From Hypanus sabinus (taxonomy: Eukaryota), in contig NC_082738.1 of assembly GCF_030144855.1 (NCBI RefSeq), positions 31,124,001 to 31,188,000 of the forward strand: DNA of 64,000 nt. The letters run 5' to 3'. Positions 38,120-51,432 of the stretch are shown here, in pieces. The stretch's first letter is position 1; each line of letters starts with the position of its first letter. Made by a program: the position numbers and the translations under genes. A model generated the notes under the pieces. The model worked only from the letters and a program-made list of their open reading frames with translations. It ran no database searches and was not told the DNA's origin.

Positions 38120-38265
38120 AGATGACGTCTCGGTCGGGACGTGACACGTGATGTAAAGAAGATATTGGTACCGAGTTTTTAAATCAATGCACTTAAAGCG
38201 GACATAAATTGAGACACAGGACCTGAAGTTGCTCACAGCACGGCCAATAAAATCAATCGTGTCAT
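38120..38265 (-). promoter_or_regulatory. HoxC11 proximal promoter
   Basis: TGACGT (about 38123), CACGTG E-box (38145-38150) and CCAATAAAATCAATC (38244-38258; CCAAT overlapping a posterior-Hox/Cdx-like site), 190-330 nt upstream of the ATG. Confidence 0.6.
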
Positions 38266-39330
38266 TCCGGTCGGGAGGGGAAGGTGCCTGAATGGGAGTA
38301 TGGTGGGGTGGGTAACAAACAGGGAGAGTAAAATAAAACTGGAATCCCTTCTCCACCCGCCCCTTGGCTCCTCACATGTTCAGTGAAACTCTGATCCCTT
38401 GTCCATCCCCCTTCCACCTTTACCATCACGCGCTCCCCTCCGGACTTAATATCCAGAGACTGAAAGTGCCTTCCTTTGATGAAAACTAAGTTATTTATTC
38501 TCAGCGGTTATGTGAATCAAAAACAAAATAAGCGAAATTCCTTAAAGAAAAAGTAAATATAGCTAATTGGAATTTATGCAGTTCTCCCTGTGTGTTGGTG
38601 GTTGTGTATCTATGTGTATATACTGTATGTATGCATGTAATGTATATACATACATATGTTCGAGCACACAAACACGTCTTTAATTTTATTTCCATGTAAA
38701 TATACAATAGTATAAATGTATATTTAGAATATGTGAATCTTTGTGTATATGCATAGAAATACAAAAATACTCGAGGAACTTAAAATGTAAATATAGTTAT
38801 TTGGAATTTATATATTTATGTGTGATTGCGTGTATATATGTATGTTTATGTAGAAGTTCCTGTAAATTTCTACCAAAATATAAATGTTATCTCGATGTGC
38901 CTGTGTATAAATATATGGTTCAGTATGTATACATTTTTATTTTTATATGATTCTCTACACTTAATGCACACATTACTCTCTCTTCCTCATATATATATAG
39001 AAGTTAAACGATTTTTCGATCGATATGTTAATAAATATTCATAAACTTAGCTTCTTGCTTGTTAAATATTTATTATATATAGGCACTGACATTGAATTCT
39101 TAAATGCACGGGCATTGGAAAAAGGGGTTTCTGGCTAATATTTGACAAACGCCCAATATCGTTTCCAAGCCATTTCCTACTGTTAATAGAAATACATTTT
39201 GGCGTGTTTGAGAATTCTACTCGGAGTTAATATCGAACCCACTTAATCTGTCGTGTGAGCATAACTCTCTATCTGTCTGTCTCTCTTTCTCCCCCCTCCC
39301 GCATTTCCCATCTCCTTCTCTTTCTCTCTC

Positions 39331-39391
<61 letters not shown>

Positions 39392-39689
39392 TGTGTGTGT
39401 GTCTGTGCGCCTCTCTTACCTCCAGTACCCCAAAGCAAGCCCAAGAGCCAAATGTTAATCGATTATCGCTGCTCAATCCTTATTTTGAAATGATTTCCCT
39501 CTCTACCCCTTTATGTCAGGGCCACACTCAATTCACACAAAATCTTTAACGCGCAAAACTGCCTCAAATCCCACGAATAACCATCAGACCCAAACATCTT
39601 TTTTTGTTGGGTGTGCGGTTTTTCTTTTGCAAATACGATGATTTCTTTTTCAAAATAAAAGAAAAACATCTTATTCTTTCCCCTTCTTA

Positions 39690-39875
39690 AGCCCATCAGA
39701 CAACTGTCTTTGAAGTTGTCCCTAGGTGTAGCCCATCTAGGCAAAGATCCTTTCTCTCCTATGGATGAAGTCTTTGGAACTTCTGTTAGCGTTTCTGTAG
39801 CTCTGGGTTTTACGTGATGGGGTTGCTAGCCACTTACCCAACCCCTTTCCTTTCGCAGTCGGGCTTGGGACCGAT
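39690..39875. mobile_element. Probable RTE-related non-LTR element fragment
   Basis: ttttacgtgatggggttgctagcc...cccaacccctttcctttcgcagtcgggcttgggaccg resembles RTE-associated repeat termini; recognised from memory only. Confidence 0.35.
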
Positions 39876-42800
39876 GAGATTGCTGGAAAGTTATTCTGTT
39901 TTATATGGCAATGAACAGATTTTTTTGGAAAAAGATGGACGAAGGGCTGTTACAAATCCAGTGAGTACTGGATTCCACCTTACAAGTTGACGAAGGACCG
40001 TGACAAAAAGAATCAAATTTTGTATGTAAACCTAATGACTGATTGGCGGCCAGTTTTAAACCTATACTAACCTCTTCACACATCTCAACAACACCATCTC
40101 CGCTCGGTAACACATGGATAAGATGTAAAAGGTACTGTAAACAACGCTCGTCCCAAACAAAAGACGGGGGGTGGGGGGGCGGTCTCAAAGTGACACAATT
40201 GTATTAAGTCAGAAGTGGACTGACAACTTTGTAGTGAACATCTTACTCCTGCTATTTCTGAAAATCAGTTGAAAGGCATCTAGAGATATTTTTAATGGCA
40301 ACAGCTAAATTGCAAAGCGTTCACTATTGAAGATTAAAACAAAATAAAATACTGCGCCGGGTAAATGGACGAGGATATTAGGTGGAGGAATCAAGAGAAC
40401 GTGAAAGAATTGTGAACAAAATTGGCCAATTGAGCGATTTCTTTTTTCTTACAAGATGTGGAATTACTGTCGAGTTCGATCGTCCCCAAGGGGGTTAAAT
40501 TAGGTCGTTGTAGAGTTTTATTTTACCAAGGGCATCGAGTCGATATCAGGGTAAAGTGGGGCTGGGGGGCGGTGGGATGCACACCGCTATCACCGCTATA
40601 ATAGACAGGAGAATATTACTGGATGTTAAATAATAACCTCTTTATGCTTAAAGAGCCCAGCGGCAGCATTACAGGGGTTCGATTATCTCCCACACTAACC
40701 AATAAACGTAAACATTTAACACAAAATACAAAAATACCAAGCTGCCAATGCTCTGGGAGGCTTAGTCGTGATCTGGTTTATGAAGTACACCAAGCTTGAT
40801 CGTGACCATACACGCTTTCATCCAAACCCCTCCCGCTGTGAGGGCGAGAACTGAGTTGTGTTATGTGGAAGTTGAGTGTGGGGTGGGGTGGGGGGGGGCG
40901 GAATCCAACGCACCAAGGCGGAAGCTATGGCCGAAGATTGCATAAAGAAAAAGTATTTTTAAAATGCAGCGTTGGTGTTCATCTCTCAGCGTGTCAGGGA
41001 ATTTGACGAAAACCCGGTTCGCTCCAAAGGGTGAATAAATCTCTTTTTAAAAATAAATAATGTTTGGTTTCGTTCCGTTTTACAACCAAGCCCCTGTCGT
41101 TCGAGTTTGTTCGTCGGGGGGCGGGGCGGTTGGCGAATGGTAGGTTTTATGGAGTTTCACTGGGCTTTGCAGTGTTTGCGCCTGTGGACGCGGAAGAGAG
41201 GGGCGGGGGGATTAGAAAGGAAAGAGGGAGAGTGGGATGGAGAAAGATGGAGAGGGGAGAGAGAGGGTGAGGGAAAGAGTGATGGGGGTTAGAAAGTTGA
41301 GAAAGAGAGAAGGAGAGGGAGAACGAGCTTGAGAGGGAGAGGGGGTAAAGGAGGTGATGTCAGAGGGGCGAATCTGACGATCAGAGAGTGAGAGGGAAGG
41401 AGGACGGAATGGGGGCAACGTGGTAAAAACTGACAGTGTGGAGGGGGCGAAGACTGAGACAAGAGAGAGCATTGGAGGAAAAGGGGCAGAGAGAAAAAAA
41501 ATCGGCGGATGGTGGTGTGGACGGAGTTGGTGACACGAGAGGGAGGGAAATGGTCAGAAGTGGAGGGGGCAATGAGTGCACTCGTATTCTTTTTCTTCGT
41601 TATTAGTGGATCAATCACCTGATAAAGTTAATCGAATTTAAAAGCAAAATATATCTTATTCGATTCGGTGTCACATTTGCGAAATCCGGTCTTAACTCAA
41701 TGCTAGACAATCCGTCTGCCAAGTTTTACAACACATTGTAAACGAGTTTATAAAGAAATGCGGAGTAGTCGCTTTACTATGTCTTCTGTCTGTCTCCCCC
41801 TCCTCTCTCTCTCTCTCCCTNNNNNNNNNNNNNNNNNNNNNNNNNNNNNNNNNNNNNNNNNNNNNNNNNNNNNNNNNNNNNNNNNNNNNNNNNNNNNNNN
41901 NNNNNNNNNNNNNNNNNNNNNNNNNNNNNNNNNNNNNNNNNNNNNNNNNNNNNNNNNNNNNNNNNNNNNNNNNNNNNNNNNNNNNNNNNNNNNNNNNNNN
42001 CCGAATACTGTTCAAATATCAACAACAAATATTGGTAAGTAATTAAATTCTGCTTTGATAATGGGATATAATGAGGGTTACAACCTGAATCGAAACTTTT
42101 TTAAAAACAGATTTTAAATTTCCACGCCCGAATAAAATCGGGAGCCGTTTTGAAACTTGTCTTCCAGCAATTGCCCGGAGTAAATTTGCACATATTTTCC
42201 CATTTATAAGCGTAGAAGAAAAATAACTTGAATTCATCTCCGCGACATTTTCTACCCATCAATGCTATGAATTCACCCGAGCTGCAGTTTGAATGCCGGA
42301 TATCGGAGTCTTTTTGTTTGATGTGCTATTTATTTTTTTGTAACTTATAGTATATTTTATGTATTGCACTGTACAGCTGCCGCCAAACAACAACTTTCAC
42401 GTTATTTAAGGCGGCGATAATAAACCTGATTCTAATTCTGACGGCTGAGGGACATTTTGGCGCGTAAGCTCCCATTGTGTGTGGTTTGTTTTATTTTAAA
42501 CGTTCAACAGTTATCTATTTTAACCAATTGCTTGTGACTAATACAAAAGAATGCGATATATATATATTTTTTTTGCCTTTTTGCAACCTCTTTCCTCCCA
42601 GAACGAAAGGCCAACGCGCTCGTTGAGAGGAGGTTGAAAACGACACAATGTTGATATTTTAAATCAGTACCCACGAACTAATCTGCCGCCGGAGGACTCT
42701 CCAGCCTTCGTGGTAAAACCTAGGTGAGATTAAGCACCCGCCTCAAACCTCCCCACGATATAACTTTAAACGAAACTTACTTGTGGTTGCATGTCTTAAA

Positions 42801-43585
42801 TAGATAAAGAAAGGGACGTACCGGAACGGAGAGTTTTCGTACATAGAGGAAGTTTTTATTTTAAGAAGGTTATCCCCCTGCAGTTCAGTACATCCAAAAC
42901 ATAAGAATACTTCTGATTCTATAGTCCGATAAATTAAATCCAAGCGTATCACACGATTCTCGCCTTGCTTCATTCTAAGAGGCCGATATTTAATATATGC
43001 CTCTCTTTCTCTCTGTCTATCTCTGTCTCTCCCTGTGTCTCTTCTCTCTCTCTCTCCCCCTCTCTCTCTCTTTGCACCTCGTCCACCCCACCCCCACCTT
43101 CTCCTTGCGCATCCGTGCACATTGACCATGACCTACAAAATTAGCTCTCACAGCCACGTAGCTAATTTGCATTTTGAGGGACTCGGACTGACCACGGCCG
43201 GCGCCCGCGGACAGTAAGTAAACAGTGAAGCGGCAGAATTAGTGCCCGCTAATATAAACGTATTTATAAATCGTAACAAACTGCTACAATCCTCCATACA
43301 CCTAACTATCCGCACCAACCAAACCAGACACTGATTTCATTTAAAATACCAAAACAAAATGGCGTGTGAAAAAACAAATCCTGTTGATGTACTACAATCC
43401 AATCGCAGCAAGAATTAGCTCCGGACCCACAAAACCAGTCATCTAAACATCAAGACTCATTCATAACTTCTTATGCACATAAGATAGTTCTAGAAATTAC
43501 AAGGTACATACTTTTTACACACAAAAGCACACAGAGAAAGACTCCCCCGCACACTCAGAGATGCAACAGACCGACGTACATACAG

Positions 43586-43633
<48 letters not shown>

Positions 43634-44242
43634 CCCCCAAAAATAGCCGTGAACGCTTGCATAAAAGCATAAAATAACCAATCCTATGCAGAACCATTTT
43701 TTTAAAAAAACGGATGGATTAAAGTCATTGTGCGCTGCGTATGTAAAAAACCCTTCAGGTCCTACAATTAAATAATTACCTTCTCCCCGTGTTTTATAAA
43801 CCACAAGCTTCTCGCTTGAACATTACAAAAATGCTAAACCTAGACAGACAGAACGCTGAAAATAAAATACTGCATTTGATTTCCCGTGCGCCAGCCATCG
43901 CACACGCAAATATGCTTTCAGGAAGAAACGGGACTTTCAGCTCAACACGAGCAAGCAAAGTTCGGTCAGTAAAAATTATATTCCCTTAAATGCCACCGAC
44001 CAACAGGGATGAACAGAATGTGAAACCGAGATTTATATGATTCCTGTAACAGCGCATGTAACTATTCACCCAATACGTCGCAACTTCAAATGGATTTAAA
44101 GAGAAAACCGGCTAAAAAAACACAAAGTGGCTTTGAAAAAGTGCAGGTGCGCTCTCATCCAATAATAATAATAATTAAAAACAGATTTATTGAAAAATGT
44201 GTGTGTTACAGACGTGCTAAACATTTAAAACTATATATATAT

Positions 44243-44300
<58 letters not shown>

Positions 44301-44639
44301 ATTTGTATTTCCTCGTGCAGAGGGAACCAATAATAAAATTAGAATCAGGATCAGATTCAGTATCACCGGCATATGTCGTGAAATTTCTTAACTTAGAAGT
44401 AGCAGTATGATAAAATACATGATAACACGGATAAAATAACTAACTAAATAAATTAAATTTAGTACTTATCCTTTTAAATAGTTAAATTAAAATTAGTGCA
44501 AAAGCAGAAGTAATATAAAAATAGTTTAAATGGGCTATTAGCTGAATTGGAGTCAGGATGTGCATGTACAATGCGCTCCAAACTTGCAACATGCATAGAC
44601 AAATGGTTGGAATGTGAAGTCGGAAATGTGCGTGTACAC

Positions 44640-44850
44640 TAAAAACTGCCAAAATACACATGAACTCGTCAGCTCACACAGCATATCTAGGCGAAAAAAA
44701 TATTCAGTCGACGTTTCGGGCCCAGACGCTTCATCAAGACTAGAAAGGAACAGGACAGAAGCCAGAATTCGGCCCGAAATGTCATCTGTTCATTTTCATC
44801 CATAGACGCTGCCCGGCCTGCTGATTTCCTCCCTCATCTTGAGTGTGTTG
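44640..44850. mobile_element. Penelope-like pLTR relic with degenerate hammerhead motif
   Basis: The minus strand of cagtcgacgtttcgggcccagacgcttcatcaagact reads aguc-UUGAUGA-agcgucugggccc-GAAA-cGUC-gacug. A partial inverted arm follows (cggcccgaaatgtc...catagacgctgcccggcctgctga). Confidence 0.6.
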
Positions 44851-46089
44851 GACAGGTACGTGTATAGGATAGGTTTAGAGGGTCAAACGCAAGCAAATGG
44901 GACTGGCTCAGGAAGGCATTCTGGTCGGCACGGACGAGTTGGGCCGAAGGGCCTACTTCCTTGCTGTATGACTTTACACAGACAAACAAGAAATAGTTTG
45001 GAAAAAATAGCGCACTCGTCTAACTAAGCCAAAGATGGTCTTAGAGAATATTTGTTGAGACTTCCATCACACTTGATCGAACAAACGGCTGACTTAACGA
45101 AATACTGAATCACATATACCACACCAAGCCGGACTACTTTGTAAAGTGAAATATACTGATAGGTAACCTGAATACAAAGCGAACCAGTCACACAATGCTT
45201 CGGTGACGTTAAATACTTGTGCGCACAAATGTTTTCAGAGGCAAACGCAAAAATTAAAAGTCACAAACGAAGATACACGCAGGAACATATTCACACACAC
45301 ACACACACACACACACGCACATTCTTCAAAAGCTGCAAATCCTGAACAGCACACACAAAATACTACAATGAGTTGCCGTTGGGGGGGATCCCTTCTCGAC
45401 GCCAAACGTAACATTTTGAATAATATTTTGTGCATTAGAATTTCATACGTCTATAAAAAATTATTCTAAGTCCACTCAAGCAACCAAGGGCTGGCGCGTC
45501 TACCCCACAACAGTCCTCAATATCAAAGACAGAACAAAATATTCTACGTGCTGTTCAGATTTTGTCTCCATCCATTCTCGATCATTGAATTATATACCTG
45601 CTCGGAGCCAGATTAAAATCCCTCACGATTTAAAATTAATATTGTATGGCGCCACAGAATTAGTACACCTAAATGCCTAGGCTTGGGACCCATGTCACCG
45701 CAGAACTATCTATTAATGTTATTGATAGGCCATGTAACATTTATCAGGTCCCACCGACGAGTTAAATCCTCTGCATCCAGTGCGGCATTGAATGTTATAA
45801 ATGCTGAAATTTCTTTTATCATCCACCGGTCTGTTTGCCCGTCTACCTACCAACCAGAAATCTTGTGTGCGTGTGTGTGTCTGTTTATTTACCCACTTAA
45901 TATTTATCTATCTATTGTGCCTATCTATCTATTTACCTACTAATATCTATTTGTTGTATGTATGACAGTTGCATCTGACTATGTCTACCTATCTATTCTT
46001 CTCTCTATCTACCTACATAATATATCTGTGTCTATCACCGACCTAATGTCTATCCATGTCTGTGATATTTGTTTGTTTGGAATAGCTGG

Positions 46090-47750
46090 AAGAGAAAATT
46101 CCATATGTTCACAGTGTCCTCCCTTGGACTTGTTATATTAATGGCAACCTACAACTGGATCCCGATAAGACCCAGGCCATGTGGAATATGTCGTAACCTA
46201 CCTCCGTGAAACAGCTCCAGCGGTTTCCAGATTTTGCCATCTTTTACAGGCTGTCCATCCGCAATTTCACTTCAGTGGCGGCTGTGCTCACCACACTCAC
46301 CAAGAAATCTACTGTGACCTTCCGCTGGACCCCGGAAGGCCGAGGCGGCTTTTGCGGAGTTAAAACAAAGGTTCACGTCCGCACCTATCCTAATTCCACC
46401 AGACCTGGTCTTTCGTGGTGGAAGTCGACGCTTCGGGCATAAGAGTGGGGGCTATCTTGTCCCAACGACCTGTCTCGAACCACAAATTGCATCCCTGTGC
46501 CTTCTACTCAAGACGTCTTTCTCCCGCGGAGTCGGGAATTGTTGCCGTGGAGGAGTGGAGGCACTAGTTGGAAGGATCTAAGCATCCATTTGTGGCATGG
46601 ACCAACTAAAAATACTAGCCATCATCCAGGATGTGAAGAAGCTGAAGTCAGAGCGGCACGTTGAAATCTATTCCTTAATAGTTCACCTTCCTTATTACTT
46701 ACCACCCACGACAGTTTGAAGCGCCTATCAGTGAAGAGAACACCTCAACTATAACTCCCAGCTCTAGAGTGGTGGCGCTGGAACATAGACTTGATTGTGC
46801 GCCGAGCCCAACAGCAACATGGGGCAGACCCGGGTAATGGTCCTCCCGGATGTAACTTCGTTCCTGACCCTGTTCGTTTGGAGGTATTTACTAGGGACAC
46901 GCTTCAGACCTGACTGGGCATTCAGGGTGGTTTTCAGCCTAGAGTTCGTCAAGAGACGTTACTGGTAGCAAGGCATGACTAAAGATGTCCAGGAATATAT
47001 CTTAGTGTGTGATGTCTTCGCACGAAATAAAGAACTCCGTGCACAGCCTCAAGGTCTGGTCCAGCCTCTCCACATTCCTGCTCGTTGCTGGCCCCGCATT
47101 TTTATGGACTTTGTCACAGGTCTTCCGGCATCTCGATGTTAATCATGGTCGGAAACCTATTCTCCATGGCCTGCCGCTTCGTACCGCTTCCCAAACTTCC
47201 ATCGGCTTCAGGGACCACCACGCGCATGTCACAACACGTCTTTAGGATTCGTGGCTTCCCCCAGGACATCGTCTTCGATTGCGGCCACAGTTTTCCTCTA
47301 GGTTTTGGAACGACTTTTGTGCGTTCATTGGGGCCTCTGCCAGTCTGTCTGCCGGATTCCATCTAAAGACAAATGGGCAGACGGAGAGAGTCAACTAGGA
47401 CCTAGAGAAAACACAGATGTTTAGCCTTGGCTGATCTGCGCAGAGCTTGCGCACAACGCAGCAATTGTTTATCGGAATGCCCCCTTTTTAACGCCAGTTT
47501 GGGTACCATTCCCCGCTGCTCCCTGAACAAGAAGTGGAGGAGAGAGTTCCATCAGCGGACCAACTGGTCTAAATATGTCTCCAGAAATGGGTTAATGCAA
47601 GAGAGTCTTTGTTGGCCAATTCACGGTAACAACAAGACTAGGCCAATCGCCGGAGAAGACATGAGCCAGAACTACACCCGGATCAACGGGTCTGGCTCTC
47701 AACTAGAGATCCTCCAATACGGGTTGAAGGCAGAAAATTAGGCCTAGAAG
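46090..47750 (+). mobile_element. Ty3/Gypsy LTR retrotransposon pol remnant (RT end, RNase H, integrase)
   Basis: Frameshifted fragments: LTKKSTVTFRWTPE; [19 protein letters not shown]...[16 protein letters not shown]; MDFVTGLP; CRFVPLPKLPSA; [17 protein letters not shown]; TNGQTERVN. Confidence 0.9.
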
Positions 47751-49489
47751 AAAGAAACTGGATTCCTTCACGGGGCATTCGGAGCTTACCTTGATAGAGG
47801 ACTTTCACCAGCACTGTTCTGATCGCCCAGGGCCTTCAGGGGTCGTCCGTAGGATGTGTGGATGCGGGGGACACTGGGTAGGAGGGGTGGGGAGTCTGTC
47901 ATGGTCCCGACTGAACAGCGGCAGGCATGCAAGTTTCGGCGCTTCAAATTCCCAGGAGTCTGGTTAGCTGCCGCTATCCCATTAAGACCCAGACTGCCAA
48001 TTATTGCCTGCCGCATTCCTTTATGGAAAGTCTGTATATAACGGCCTCGTGCTCAGCACTCAGTACTCATTTGTAGGAGTTCCATTTCGAGAACTAGTGT
48101 TTCACCAACTAACCACTCGTATTTGTTTGTCGAAAGGGCCGTCTGTCTGCTTGTTTCTACCTACCTCGTTCCTCTCTATTTAATATCTATCGGTGACTAT
48201 GCATCTTCCTACCTAATATCTACATATCTCTGTCTACCTACCTAATGTCTATCTGTTTGAGTGAAGGTCTGTCTGCCTATGTATCTATGAAATGTGCATC
48301 TGAATGTCTGCCCGCATGTCTGTCTGTCTATTTATCTGCCTCTTCTATCTACCTACCTAATGTCTATCTGTGTCTGTCTACCTGCATTACCTACTTATCT
48401 AACACCTAATTGTTTATCTGACGGTGCATATATAGTATCTGGTCATCTGTTCTTGATACATCAGATCAAAGGTAGTGTAGATACATAGACGGGCAGATGA
48501 TAAATAGCGAGAAATACATCTTTAGAAAGATAGATAGAGACAGATGAATGTTTAGATAGATAGATACAGTAGGTAGATACATAGATAGATAGAAGGAAGG
48601 AGGGACAGTGGTGAATAGATCAACGTATAGATTCAACAGACAGGCAGATAGGCAGCCAAAAGGACAGATAAATAAATCGACGCACGAACACGTATAGAAG
48701 GAGGGCCATAAACAGACAGATGGGACTAGTTACATTTGGCATCGTGGTTGGTACAGACGTCATGTGCCTAAGGGCTTGCTCCCATGCTCTAGTGTTTTGT
48801 GTTCTCTGTTCTGTAGATAGAGAGGGCGACAGAGACAGATAGAGAGTGAGAGAGCGAGACAAAGAGACAGAGGGAGAGGGAGACGGAGGGAGTTAAAGAT
48901 AGAGAGAACAAGAAAGAGACAGACGGGGATTCAGGGAGACAAGGAGTGAGATAGAGGCATTGATGGCTTAGTTCTATGTCCTTTGGCTTATGGAGACAGG
49001 GCGAAAAATCAGAGAGGGTGCTAGACAGAGAGGTGGGGGGCGGGTGCATACTGTACATAGCCAGACAGACATAAGAACTTTCTCTAGATAATCCACAGAC
49101 AGTCGCAGAAAAACGGATGTGTAGAACAGATGGGTAGATCGGCTGGTAAACATCGATTGTTAGCTCCCTGGATGGTCCATTGTAGAGACAGCAGTAGTGG
49201 GCAGAATTCACAGCCCCAGTTGCAAATGGATCCGAAATGACATGCACTAATAGCCCAATCCTGCGGCTAAAGAAAGCGAGACAAGCAGCAAGACTCTCCT
49301 CCCCCTCTCTGCATATGGCTCCAACCTAATAAAGGGTTTATCTCCTCAGTTCCCACTGCTGCTCTCAGCTGCATCCCTCTCACCTCAGAACCATGAGTCC
49401 CCACAAGCGGCCACTGGCCAAGTCAGAAACCATCTCTTACGCTTGCCTCGAACGTCTACAAAATTCAAAGCGCCTCGTAGTGCATGCAT

Positions 49490-50345
49490 CCATCCTCATT
49501 ACACCCTCCCAAGCTCCTCATTAACTTTCCGCACGCGATCCGAGACGGAACCCCTTGAGGAGGTCTGAGGCCGATGTGACGGAAACTAAGAACATGTGGG
49601 GTTTTGGGAAGGGCGGGGGATGGTTGGTGGGCTGAGGCCGAGGGAGTTTCTGCATTCGCCTAGGTATATTTTGTTTAAGCGCATTCAGCTGTCCTCTTGT
49701 TGGGAAATGTGCAGAACCGAGGGCAAGGCTGCTGTACAGGAGAGAAATGAGAGACTGTTGAATTATATGTTTGACCGAGACGCGACTTACTCCCAGCACG
49801 ATACAGCGTCATACAGTAGTGGATACGGCTTAGTCTATCACGGGTAAAACGCTCCCCCACCATTGAGCACATCTACACGGAGCGTTGTCGTAGAAAAGCA
49901 TGATATAAGATCCTCACCACCCAGGCCATGCTCTCTTCTCACTGCTGCCATCAGAAGGAAGGTACCGGAGCCCAAAGACTCACACCACCAGGTTCAGGAA
50001 CAGTTATTACCCCTCAGCCATCAGGCTCCTGAACAAAAGGAGATTACTTCATTCAACTTCATTTGCCCTATCATTAAAATGTTCCCACAACCTAAAGACA
50101 CTTCCATGGACTCTTCATCTCATCTTCTTCATATTGATTGCTTACTTTTTATTATTTGTCTCTTTTTGTATTTTCACAGTTTGTTGTACTTTGAATTCCC
50201 AAGTTGGTGTAGCGTTTCAGTGATTCCATTATGGTTATTTCTCTGTTCTTGATTTATTGAGAATGAGCGCAAGTAAACGAATCTTAGGGTTGTATATGGT
50301 GGCGTACACGTACTTTGATAAAATTTTACTTTGAATTTTGAACTA
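49490..50345 (+). mobile_element. Rex1/Babar-clade LINE 3' fragment with 3' UTR
   Basis: gatcctcaccacccaggccatgctctcttctcactgctgccatcagaagg...accaccaggttcaggaacagttattacccc (DPHHPGHALFSLLPS...TTRFRNSYYP); ends in tttactttgaattttgaact. Confidence 0.85.
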
Positions 50346-51339
50346 AGAGAACGAGAGTGCATGTGCTGGGATATATGATTGCATTTATGTGTGTGTGGCG
50401 GGGTGGGGGAACTGGCGTCTGAGCAAACAATAGAAAGCCTATAACCAGCCCAATAAAACCGGATGCAATGGGAGCACTGTTCAATGGTAAACCTTACCAG
50501 ACCATTCAACTTGACCTCAAAGTTCCTATGAGGGTTCAACTTCCAGGCACGGTTGTAAACATCAGCACGCGCGCGCACCCACACACACTCATACATACCT
50601 ACAAGGTCCTTCAGACCTGGATGACGAGAAACTGGTTAACAGGGGAGATGGGGTTGGGGAGCGATCTCTGATAGGTCCCCTATCACTTAGCACTTACCAA
50701 CTTCGCTATGCCCTAGATACAAGCTTAGAACAGGTGGTTGTAAACTTTGCAGAGTCACGACTTTCAGCTGGAGGAAAACAATTAACGAGCCCAGGACACC
50801 ACCGAACAAAAAAAGGAGAAAGGTTTAACATAAATGTTTTTTAAAAAGCATAATGAGAGAAACAGGTGTGGGTGTGTGCATTTCTGTGAGTGACTGGATG
50901 TATGTTGCATGGCGGAGAATAAAGGGTGTGTGGGTTTGTGTTTGTGTGTGTATGCCTCAGTGGTGGTGTTGTATGCGTCTGTTGTGTCTGGGCGGATATT
51001 TTGTGTGCGGGTATGCGGGTACGTGTGTGGGCACAGAATTGACTTACAGCAACATTGAGAGAAAGGCAGTCAAAACTAACGCTGGTCTTTAATGAGTTAT
51101 TAATGTATCCCGAGAGCTCCGTCCTTACTGTTGGTCTCTGCTCTCCTCTTCATCACCCACTCGCCCTCTTCACTCCTTCTGTCCTTCTCCAGCCTCTCTG
51201 TCTTTCACACCCTCCTTTCTCTCTCTCTCCGCCCTTTTCCATCCCCTCCTCTATGTCTCCCCCCTCTTCCATGCCTAACTGAACGCATCCTGTAAGAATG
51301 CCTGTTTGGCAGACGTTAGAGATAAAACGGACCCCAAAC

Positions 51340-51432
51340 GGAAGCCCATAAAATCGGACTATGGCGAGACCACTGTCATGTGACCTTGACTCCTGTTTTA
51401 TCACGTCATTAAGGCGGAAACACACCCAATAA
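51340..51432. promoter_or_regulatory. Dense cluster of transcription-factor motifs (candidate conserved cis-element)
   Basis: CCATAAAA, TGTCATGTGACC, TTTTATCACGTCA and CCAAT within about 90 nt of unique sequence flanked by low-complexity DNA. Confidence 0.35.

Noticed and set aside
37932-38147. N-terminal extension of the 324-aa ORF upstream of MFNS, and read-through past 37250
   Set aside because: The extension crosses an N-run and promoter motifs. Homology begins at MFNS (37931), and the 3' extension is intron after the donor at 37250.
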